Shown: positions 56,823 to 64,000 of the stretch, piece after piece | Layout of the letters: each line of letters opens with the position of its first letter | Numbering within the stretch: position 1 is the stretch's first letter | Source of the DNA: Paracoccaceae bacterium | Lineage (GTDB): Bacteria > Pseudomonadota > Alphaproteobacteria > Rhodobacterales > Rhodobacteraceae | Length of the DNA stretch: 64,000 bases | Reading direction: 5' to 3' | Assembly (NCBI GenBank): GCA_050288685.1 | Contig: JBNKEH010000005.1 | Span: 29,288-93,287 of the forward strand | Notes under the pieces: model-generated | The model's input: only the letters and a program-made list of their open reading frames with translations | Told to the model about the DNA's origin: nothing | The model's database searches: none | Program-made: the position numbers and the translations under genes

Positions 56823-57559
56823 AACCGGCGCGGGTGATCCGGCACCGGGTGCTGATCGGCGCCAGCTCCTATGCCGATGCGCGCGCCGGGCTGCATCTGG
56901 CCGATGCGATGGCCGATATGCTCGCCGAAAGCATTGGCGGGCTGATGCTGGAAGAAGACTATGTGGCCGAGCTGATCGCGCGGCCCGGTCAACGGGTGGT
57001 GTCGCGCCGGGGCCAGCTGATTCCGGCCCCAAGCCGCGAAGAGCTGGCGGCCCTGCATGACCGCGACGAACGCGCCTTTCGCGCCGCGCTGGCGGCGATG
57101 TGCAAGGCGCGGGCGTTGCACTATTCCTTTGAACGCCGACAGGGCGAGCTGGTGGCCGGGCTGCTCAAGGTGGCGGAAAACTGGGATATGCTGGTGATCG
57201 GCCATGGCAACGGGCATCTGCCTCCCAGCACAAAGGGCCGCGTGGTGCTGATCGCCCCGCCCGAGGGGGCCAGCAGCGAGGCCGAAGCGCTGGCCGGGCG
57301 ACTGGCGCAGGGGCTGCGCGCCCATCTGGTCACCGGCTATCCCGCCAATGGCAGTGCCGCGCCGCAGGCCCCGGATTTTCGCTGGCAGAACCTGCCCGAG
57401 CTCATCCACCGGATCGCGCGGCTCAGCGCCGATGCGGTGGTGCTGGATCTGTCCGCCGGACCGATCACCAGCGGCGAGACCCTGCGCGCACTGGTCGATG
57501 CGGCCCGCTGCCCGGTTCTGGTGCTGGGCGCTGCGACGGTGTCGGACGAGAGTGGCTAA
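56819..57559 (+). CDS. Universal-stress-protein-like hypothetical protein
   Basis: RVLIG at the N-terminus, DMLVIG, and C-terminal LVDAARCPVLVL typical of tandem USP folds; ATGA-coupled to the protease. Confidence 0.55.
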   Translation: MKPARVIRHRVLIGASSYADARAGLHLADAMADMLAESIGGLMLEEDYVAELIARPGQRVVSRRGQLIPAPSREELAALHDRDERAFRAALAAMCKARALHYSFERRQGELVAGLLKVAENWDMLVIGHGNGHLPPSTKGRVVLIAPPEGASSEAEALAGRLAQGLRAHLVTGYPANGSAAPQAPDFRWQNLPELIHRIARLSADAVVLDLSAGPITSGETLRALVDAARCPVLVLGAATVSDESG

Positions 57560-57566
57560 GGCGAAC

Positions 57567-57839
57567 TCAGCCCGCGCTGCCCGCGATGAAATAGCGTGCG
57601 ATCCCATAGACATAGAGCGCCGAGAACACGATGTTGATATATTTCAACTGCCGCTCGGTATGTAGCCACGCCATATAGATCCAGATCAAGCAGAAGGGCA
57701 GACCCAGGAACAGATTGAGCGGGTAGAGGTTCTGCACGATGGCAATGGTCGACAGCACGCCAAGGCCGAGCGCGAACCATTTCAGCTCTTGTTCCCAGGC
57801 CGCAAGGCCCCCTTCGCGCAGACGCAGACGATCCCGCAT
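57567..57839 (-). CDS. Small 3-TM membrane protein of unknown function
   Basis: Three hydrophobic helices with an NLYPLN motif; AAAGGAG RBS. Confidence 0.7.
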   Translation of the reverse strand: MRDRLRLREGGLAAWEQELKWFALGLGVLSTIAIVQNLYPLNLFLGLPFCLIWIYMAWLHTERQLKYINIVFSALYVYGIARYFIAGSAG

Positions 57840-57949
57840 GGACGGGCTCCTTTGGATGATGTGGCAGAATGGCGGGCGAAATAGCCCGACGCGATCTTGT
57901 CACAAATCGGCGCGGCGATCCAGCTCAGCGTTTCGCGCTTACAGCCGAT

Positions 57950-58098
57950 CCGCTCACAGCGACGGGCGCCGCCCGACCCTGGGTGGGCGTTGTGCTGAGA
58001 TTGGTTTGGACGCCGCGACCAAAAGCATCCCCGCCCGAACGGCTTCGTCCATTATCGCCAAAACGCCCTCCCGGGGGTAGGGTCGGGCGTCGCCCGTC
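57950..58098. repeat. Structured intergenic element, copy B (20-bp inverted repeat, 19/20, 57961-57980/58079-58098)
   Basis: GACGGGCGCCGCCCGACCCT ... AGGGTCGGGCGTCGCCCGTC; homologous to 47072-47217. Confidence 0.8.
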
Positions 58099-58128
58099 CT
58101 TCGAACGGGCGGGGCATGTGGGCTAGTC

Positions 58129-58581
58129 TCAGCGTTTTTCTGCGAAGAAGGTTTTGAGTAGGGCTTCGGCCTCACCCGCCGCGATGCCGTCATAGACTTC
58201 GGGCGCGTGGTGGCATTGGGCATGGGCAAAGACCCGGGCGCCATGGGCGGTGCCGCCGGATTTGGGATCGGCGGCGCCGTAGTAGAGCCGCCGGATGCGG
58301 GCAAAGCTGATCGCGGCGGCGCACATCGGGCACGGCTCCAGCGTGACGTAGAGATCGTGCCCGGTCAGCCGCTCCGAGCCCAGCGCGGCACAGGCGGCGC
58401 GGATCACCAGCATCTCGGCATGAGCGGTGGGATCGGCCAGCTCTCGCGTGCGGTTACCGGCCTGCGCCACCACCTGCCCGTCAGGATCCACCAGCACCGC
58501 GCCCACCGGCACCTCGCCGCGCTCGGCGGCGGCGCGCGCTTCGTCCAGCGCTGCGTCCATATAAGAGGTAAAACGGCTCAT
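58129..58581 (-). CDS. tadA: tRNA adenosine deaminase
   Basis: GEVPVGAV, DPTAHAEM, TLEPCPMC and YGAADPK motifs. Confidence 0.93.
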   Translation of the reverse strand: MSRFTSYMDAALDEARAAAERGEVPVGAVLVDPDGQVVAQAGNRTRELADPTAHAEMLVIRAACAALGSERLTGHDLYVTLEPCPMCAAAISFARIRRLYYGAADPKSGGTAHGARVFAHAQCHHAPEVYDGIAAGEAEALLKTFFAEKR

Positions 58582-58642
58582 GCCCCCTCATGCCGCGCCT
58601 CGGCGCGCTGGACAAGCCCCCGGCGTGGCCCTAGGGAGAAGC

Positions 58643-59575
58643 ATGAGCACCGAGACCCCCAAAGGCGAACGCATCGCCAAGTTTTTGTCGCGCGCAGGCG
58701 TGGCCAGCCGCCGGGAAGCCGAGCGGATGATCGAAGCCGGCCGCGTGGCGGTGAATGGCAAGGTGATCGACAGCCCGGCGCTGAATGTCACCGAAAAGGA
58801 CAAGGTCGCGGTCGACGAGGTCGAACTGGGCGCGCCGGAACCGGCGCGGCTCTGGCTCTATCACAAGCCTTCGGGCCTGGTGACCTCCGCGCGCGACGAA
58901 AAGGGCCGCGAAACGGTGTTCGACAAGCTGCCCGAAGACATGCCGCGGGTGATGAGCGTCGGACGGCTCGACATCAATTCCGAAGGGCTGCTGCTGCTGA
59001 CCAATGACGGCGGGGTCAAGCGCAAGCTCGAACTGCCCTCGACCGGCTGGCTGCGCAAATACCGGGTGCGGGTGCATGGCAACCCGTCAGAAGACGATCT
59101 GACGCCTCTGCGCAAAGGCATCGAGATCGACGGCGAGCGTTTTCAGCCGATGAGCGTGAGTCTTGATCGCCATCAGGGCGCCAATGCCTGGCTGACCGTC
59201 GGCCTGCGCGAGGGCAGGAACCGCGAGATCCGCCGCGCGATGGAGGCGGTGGGCCTTTCCGTGAACCGGCTTCTGCGCGTCAGCTACGGCCCGTTCCGTC
59301 TGGGCGAGCTGAAACCCGGCGAGGTGGAAGAAGTCCGCGCCAGAGTGCTGCGCGATCAGCTGGGCATGGACCCGGAGGCGGACGAGGAAAAGGTGGGCAC
59401 CGCGAAGAAGAAGCCGGTGCGCCGTCGCAATGAGCCGTCAAGGGCCTCGACCGGCACCCCTGCCCCGAGACCGGTACAGAAATCGGGCCAGCGTCCGGCG
59501 CAGAAATCCGCACTGAAAGCGGGGGCCAAACCGGGGCCGAAGCCCACGCACGACGGCAAGCCGAAACGGCGCTGA
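58643..59575 (+). CDS. rluB: 23S rRNA pseudouridine synthase (RluB-type, S4 domain)
   Basis: RIAKFLSRAGVASRR S4 domain, GRLDINSEGLLL and EGRNREIRR motifs. Confidence 0.88.
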   Translation: MSTETPKGERIAKFLSRAGVASRREAERMIEAGRVAVNGKVIDSPALNVTEKDKVAVDEVELGAPEPARLWLYHKPSGLVTSARDEKGRETVFDKLPEDMPRVMSVGRLDINSEGLLLLTNDGGVKRKLELPSTGWLRKYRVRVHGNPSEDDLTPLRKGIEIDGERFQPMSVSLDRHQGANAWLTVGLREGRNREIRRAMEAVGLSVNRLLRVSYGPFRLGELKPGEVEEVRARVLRDQLGMDPEADEEKVGTAKKKPVRRRNEPSRASTGTPAPRPVQKSGQRPAQKSALKAGAKPGPKPTHDGKPKRR

Positions 59576-59699
59576 GCCTTCACTCTGCCGCGCGGGGTTC
59601 CGCGCGTGGGCAAATTCCCCCTGAAATTCACTGGCACGCTTAGCGTGTGCAGCCTATATCTGTGAAATATTGGGAGATTCACCCCGGGGGAACGTGACT

Positions 59700-59786
59700 G
59701 TGTCAGATAGCGGCCTTCAGAAACTGGCCTTTTTCCTGCTTCTGGCGCTGATCCTCTACGTCTCGGTGACCGGGGGAGGGGTGTGA
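59700..59786 (+). CDS. Unannotated 28-aa single-TM small protein (30 aa if started at GTG 59694)
   Basis: MSDSGLQKLAFFLLLALILYVSVTGGGV, with a GGGGG RBS; its TGA overlaps the xpaC ATG (TGATG). Below the ORF-track cutoff. Confidence 0.65.
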   Translation: MSDSGLQKLAFFLLLALILYVSVTGGGV

Positions 59787-60706
59787 TGGCGCAGCGTTTT
59801 GGCGGCGAGTTTTCTCCCGACGGCAAATCCAACCAACCCGTAGGCAAGCCCCCCGCGCCGAAAGCCCCGTTTGAGGGGCAGGTGCGCAGCCGGGCTGGCG
59901 GGCGGGTGAATTTCCTGTTTCTGGCCCCCCTGCCGCTGGCGATTTCGGCGTTTTTCGGTGATGCCACCCAGCTTGCCCTGCGGCTTGCGAGCTTTGGGCT
60001 TCTGATCCTCGCCGCCTGGCTGACCCGCGAGGGCATTCTGGCGCAGGAAGCCTATGAGGCGCGCAAGATCGCCCGCCGCCCGGCCATGCCGCGCAAGATC
60101 GCCGGATCGCTCATCACCGGCCTCGGGCTGGGGCTGGCGGGGCTGTCTGGCGGCAGCCTCGTGAATGCGCTGGTCTTTGCGGTGCTGGGCGCGGCGCTGC
60201 ACAGCTTTGCCTTCGGGCTTGATCCTTTGAAAAACAAGGGGATGGAAGGTATCGACGAATTTCAGACCGACCGGGTGGCGCGGGCCGTGGGCGAGGCCGA
60301 AGCCTACCTGTCCGGAATGAAGGATGCGATCCTACGGGCGCGCGACCGCGAGCTGGAACGCCGGGTTGAGAGCTTTCAGGCCACCGCGCGGGCGATGTTT
60401 CGCACCATCGAAGACGATCCCGGCGACCTTACCCAGGCGCGCAGATATCTGAGCGTCTATTTGATGGGCGCACGCGATGCGACGGTCAAATTCGCCAATC
60501 TCTACGCCCAGGGCCGCGATGCAGGCGCACGGGCCGATTACGTACTTCTGCTGGACGATCTGGAAGCCAATTTCACCGCCCAGACGAAAAAGCTGCAGTT
60601 GAACGACCGCAGCGATCTTAATGTTGAAATCGAGGTGCTGCGCGAACGCCTTGCCCGCGAGGGCGTGGTGCCCGCCACCGATGAGCCAAAGGAATTGATG
60701 CCATGA
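59786..60706 (+). CDS. XpaC / 5-bromo-4-chloroindolyl phosphate hydrolysis family membrane protein
   Basis: N-terminal TM helices, EDDPGDLTQARRYLSVYL motif and VEIEVLRERL C-terminus; upstream of telA. Confidence 0.82.
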   Translation: MAQRFGGEFSPDGKSNQPVGKPPAPKAPFEGQVRSRAGGRVNFLFLAPLPLAISAFFGDATQLALRLASFGLLILAAWLTREGILAQEAYEARKIARRPAMPRKIAGSLITGLGLGLAGLSGGSLVNALVFAVLGAALHSFAFGLDPLKNKGMEGIDEFQTDRVARAVGEAEAYLSGMKDAILRARDRELERRVESFQATARAMFRTIEDDPGDLTQARRYLSVYLMGARDATVKFANLYAQGRDAGARADYVLLLDDLEANFTAQTKKLQLNDRSDLNVEIEVLRERLAREGVVPATDEPKELMP

Positions 60707-61896
60707 CCGAGAGCATTCGCACGCAGGCCGAACAGGCCCTGAAAGACATTGAAGCGGTCACCGCGACCATCCTGCCGGAACCCTCCACCGCGCTGGTGCC
60801 GCTGGAAGAGGCCGATGAAAGCCAGAGCGCCGAGATTCAGAAGCGCATGGCGGAAATCGAGATCGGCGACACCCAGTCGATCATCGAATTCGGCTCGGCC
60901 GCGCAGAGCGAGCTGCAGGTGATCAGTCAGGAAATGCTGCAAGGCGTGCGCAACAAGGATGTTGGCCCGGCGGGCGATAGCCTGCGCTCGATCGTCACCA
61001 CCATTCGCGGCTTCTCGGTGAAAGAGCTCGACATGCGCCGCGAGCGCAGTTTCTGGGAAAAGATCACCGGCAAGGTCGCCCCGGCAGCGAAATTCATGGC
61101 GCGCTATGAAGACGTGCAGAGCCAGATCGACAAGATCACCGACAACCTGCTGAAGCACGAACACACGCTGTTGAAAGACATCAAGAGCCTCGATCTGCTT
61201 TATGCAAAGACCCTCGATTTCTACGACGAGCTGGCGCTTTACATCGCGGCGGGCGAGGCCAAGCTGAAAGAGCTGGACGAGAAAACCATTCCCGCCAAGG
61301 ACAAGGAAGTGGCTGCAGCGGGCGAAGATGACGGCGTGCTGAAAGCCCAGGAGCTGCGCGATCTGCGCGCCGCGCGCGACGATCTGGAACGCCGGGTGCA
61401 TGACCTCAAGCTGACCCGTCAGGTGACGATGCAAAGCCTGCCCTCGATCCGGCTGGTGCAGGAAAACGACAAGAGCCTCGTGACCAAGATCAACTCGACC
61501 ATGGTCAACACCGTGCCGCTTTGGGAAACCCAGCTGGCGCAGGCGGTGACGATCCAGCGCTCGCAAAGTGCCGCGCAGGCGGTGAAAGAAGCCACTGATC
61601 TGACCAACGAGCTGTTGAAATCCAACGCCGCCAACCTGCGCGAAGCCAATAAGGTGGTGCGCGAAGAGATGGAGCGCGGGGTGTTCGATATCGAAGCGAT
61701 CAAGGCGGCCAATGCCGATCTTATCGCCACGATCGAGGAAAGCCTTGCCATTGCCGATGAGGGCAAGGCCAAACGCGCCGCCGCCGAAAGCGAGCTGGTG
61801 AAGATGGAAGCCGAGCTGAAAAGCGCGCTGAGTGCGGCCAAATCCAAGGGCACCAGCCTTGGCCACGAGGTCGGCTCTGCGGTCGAGGGCGCCTGA
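60703..61896 (+). CDS. Toxic anion resistance protein, TelA/KlaA family
   Basis: Long coiled coil with FYDELALYIAAG, LERRVHDLKLTR and NTVPLWETQL; ATGA-coupled to xpaC. Confidence 0.9.
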   Translation: MTESIRTQAEQALKDIEAVTATILPEPSTALVPLEEADESQSAEIQKRMAEIEIGDTQSIIEFGSAAQSELQVISQEMLQGVRNKDVGPAGDSLRSIVTTIRGFSVKELDMRRERSFWEKITGKVAPAAKFMARYEDVQSQIDKITDNLLKHEHTLLKDIKSLDLLYAKTLDFYDELALYIAAGEAKLKELDEKTIPAKDKEVAAAGEDDGVLKAQELRDLRAARDDLERRVHDLKLTRQVTMQSLPSIRLVQENDKSLVTKINSTMVNTVPLWETQLAQAVTIQRSQSAAQAVKEATDLTNELLKSNAANLREANKVVREEMERGVFDIEAIKAANADLIATIEESLAIADEGKAKRAAAESELVKMEAELKSALSAAKSKGTSLGHEVGSAVEGA

Positions 61897-61900
61897 CCTG

Positions 61901-62848
61901 ATGGCACTGCGCCTGCCGTCCCTGCTTGGCCTCGCATTGGCCGGAAGCTTTCTGCTTTCCGGCTGCGATGATGCGTTCAATCGGGGGCGCAACATCCCCG
62001 CCCCGCTGTCGGACGAAGGGCTGATCATCGCGCCCAGAACATCGGCCAGCGCCGAGCTGGCCGATTACTACCGCCGGGTGCAGATCGGGCTGCTGGAACA
62101 GGGGCTTCTGCGCACCGATGGCGGCGGGCCCGATGCCCCCTTCGATGCCGATACGCTGGTGCGCGATTTCCTTCGCATCGCGCTTTATGAGGAATATTCC
62201 GATACCGGCACCCAGCTGATTGCCCACCAGAATGCCAGCCGCCTGCACCGCTGGGTGAAGCCCGTGACGCTATCGGTGGAGTTCGGCGCCTCGATCGATC
62301 CGGCCACCCGCACAAGCGACACCAATACGGTGATCGAATTCGTGCAGCGTCTGGCGCGCGTGTCCGGCCACCCGATCGAGGTCGTGCCCGCTGGCACCGG
62401 CAATTTCCGGGTGTTCTTTGTGAGTGAAGACGAGCGGCGCGCGCTGGGGCCACGGCTGAAACAGATCATGCCGAACATCTCGACCACCGCGATGAACACC
62501 GTGATCGACCTGCCGCGCTCGACCTATTGCCTTGCCTTCGCCACCGATCCCGAGCTGGATGGCACCTATGATCAGGCGGTGGCGGTGATCCGGGCGGAAC
62601 ATCCCGACCTTCTGCGCATCTCCTGCATCCACGAAGAGCTGACGCAGGGGCTTGGGCTTTCCAATGACAGCCCGCTGGCGCGGCCCTCGATCTTTAACGA
62701 CGACGAGGAATTCGGCTTCCTCACCAAGCATGACGAGCTGCTGCTGAAAATGCTGTACGACCCGCGCCTGAAGCCCGGCATGGCCGAGGCCGAGGCGCGC
62801 CCGATTGTGGAACAGATCGCCGCCGAGCTGATGGGGGGGAATGTTTGA
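61901..62848 (+). CDS. DUF2927-type lipoprotein with a zincin-like motif
   Basis: LSGC lipobox, CIHEELTQGLGLSND and SIFNDDEEF motifs. Confidence 0.8.
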   Translation: MALRLPSLLGLALAGSFLLSGCDDAFNRGRNIPAPLSDEGLIIAPRTSASAELADYYRRVQIGLLEQGLLRTDGGGPDAPFDADTLVRDFLRIALYEEYSDTGTQLIAHQNASRLHRWVKPVTLSVEFGASIDPATRTSDTNTVIEFVQRLARVSGHPIEVVPAGTGNFRVFFVSEDERRALGPRLKQIMPNISTTAMNTVIDLPRSTYCLAFATDPELDGTYDQAVAVIRAEHPDLLRISCIHEELTQGLGLSNDSPLARPSIFNDDEEFGFLTKHDELLLKMLYDPRLKPGMAEAEARPIVEQIAAELMGGNV

Positions 62849-63327
62849 ACAGGGGTGAGGTGCGGTATCGCTACCGCCTCCCCCTCTGGATGGGTGTTAC
62901 ATCTGCACCGGTTGCGGCGTTGTTCTGGGACGTCGGGCTGGCTATCCCGGGCTTCTGGCGCGTGCTCTTTTGGCTCTTCAGCGCGGTTTTTGCTCTTGGC
63001 GTGCTTGTATGCGCCGTCGGGCTGGCAAATCAATCAGAGCTCGTTCTGACCGACGTCAGCCTCACCGTTCCCATCCCGTTTCGCAGGCCCAGATTCATCG
63101 ACATCACCGAAATCGACCAGTTCCGGCTCCGAAACACGGGTCGATCGATGTTAACTCAAATGGCAGTCGACATTGGCACGCCAACCGCCCGCATCACATT
63201 GAGGTCTATTCTGTTCGCCAATGATCGGGCTTTTTTGGAGGCCCTTGCCGCAATCGGCGACCGGGTGACAGCCGCGGGTGGTCCCGAGCTCGTTGAGTTC
63301 CACCCCCGTCCGCCGGGGTTTCGGTGA
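62845..63327 (+). CDS. Hypothetical membrane protein (2 TM plus a small, possibly PH-like, domain)
   Basis: Two hydrophobic helices, start overlapping the DUF2927 stop, somewhat lower GC than its neighbours. Confidence 0.55.
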   Translation: MNRGEVRYRYRLPLWMGVTSAPVAALFWDVGLAIPGFWRVLFWLFSAVFALGVLVCAVGLANQSELVLTDVSLTVPIPFRRPRFIDITEIDQFRLRNTGRSMLTQMAVDIGTPTARITLRSILFANDRAFLEALAAIGDRVTAAGGPELVEFHPRPPGFR

Positions 63328-63454
63328 ACCGCGATTTTTGAAAATCCTTTTCACCACCGTGACACGCGACCACGAAAATTCCCCGGCGCTTGCCTGTTGG
63401 CCGCCCCTTCTACGGGTGCTATCGTCACAAGATTAACAAGCAAAGGGGGCCGTC

Positions 63455-64000
63455 ATGGGCATTCTTGATTTTCTTTCCGGCCAGTTTATCGACGTTATTC
63501 ATTGGGTCGACGATACCCGCGACACCATGGTCTGGCGGTTTGAACGCGAAGGGCACGAGATCAAGTACGGCGCCAAGCTGACCGTGCGCGAGGGGCAATC
63601 GGCGGTGTTCGTGCATGAAGGCCAGCTGGCCGATGTGTTCACCCCTGGGCTCTATATGCTCGAAACCAACAACATGCCGATCATGACCTCGCTGCAGCAC
63701 TGGGATCACGCCTTCCAGTCGCCGTTCAAAAGCGAGATCTATTTCGTCAGCACCACCCGGTTCACCGATCTGAAATGGGGCACGAAAAACCCGATCATGG
63801 CGCGCGACCCGGAATTTGGGCCGGTGCGGCTGCGTGCCTTTGGCACCTATGCGGTGCGGGTGACCGATCCCGGCAAATTCCTGACCGAGATCGTCGGCAC
63901 CGATGGTGAATTCACCATGGACGAGATCAGCTTCCAGATCCGCAACGTGATCGTGCAGGCGTTCAGCCGCATCGTTGCCGGCTCGGGCATTCCGGTGCTC
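63455..64000 (+). CDS. SPFH/Band-7 domain protein (YdjI-like), truncated by the window end
   Basis: Manual translation from ATG 63455: MGILDFLSGQFIDVIHW ... LTVREGQSAVFVHEG ... PFKSEIYFV ... KWGTKNPI ... RAFGTY; open to base 64000. Confidence 0.9.
   Translation, partial: MGILDFLSGQFIDVIHWVDDTRDTMVWRFEREGHEIKYGAKLTVREGQSAVFVHEGQLADVFTPGLYMLETNNMPIMTSLQHWDHAFQSPFKSEIYFVSTTRFTDLKWGTKNPIMARDPEFGPVRLRAFGTYAVRVTDPGKFLTEIVGTDGEFTMDEISFQIRNVIVQAFSRIVAGSGIPVL

Noticed and set aside
34061-62028. Further long shadow ORFs (34061-35338 +, 38708-39649 +, 50603-51661 -, 54342-55949 -, 60538-62028 -)
   Set aside because: They fully overlap clearly identified genes on the opposite strand.

Overview
A GC-rich (about 65%) alphaproteobacterial window, most likely from the Rhodobacteraceae/Paracoccaceae, with no integrase, transposase, CRISPR array, rRNA or prophage gene detectable. 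It has three blocks. (1) 1-7.4 kb: the end of a PEP-CTERM/exopolysaccharide locus, with a LuxR-HTH protein cut by the window edge, a VPLPA-CTERM surface protein, two GT2 enzymes, a sulfotransferase, an O-antigen-ligase-like protein and a WecB/TagA glycosyltransferase. (2) 7.7-33.6 kb: an accessory-looking amine/amino-acid catabolic island next to the 3' end of tRNA-Gln(TTG). It encodes a peptide-type ABC importer, an Lrp/AsnC regulator, two GNATs, an ArgE-type deacetylase, two FAD amine/amino-acid oxidoreductases, two class III PLP enzymes, two aldehyde dehydrogenases, a hydroxylysine-kinase-like kinase paired with a phospho-lyase-like enzyme, a D-threo-3-hydroxyaspartate-dehydratase-like enzyme, an OCD/imine-reductase-like enzyme, a tartrate-dehydrogenase-family enzyme, a HAD and two cupins. 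(3) 34-64 kb: mostly core genes (ubiTUV, kpsT-kpsE-kdsA, nhaA, arsR-permease, ubiK, lgt-midA-pgeF, panBC, tadA, rluB), plus tandem permuted NlpC/P60 lipoproteins, a LonC-like protease/USP-like pair and an xpaC-telA-DUF2927-SPFH locus. The best leads are the unknown-substrate island and its recurring GCAG-N6-CTGC palindrome, a two-copy structured non-coding element with compensatory base changes, an unannotated 28-aa membrane ORF, a low-GC cupin with a LysR relic, and a possibly degenerate thioester domain. Family assignments come from motif recognition by eye; no database search was run.
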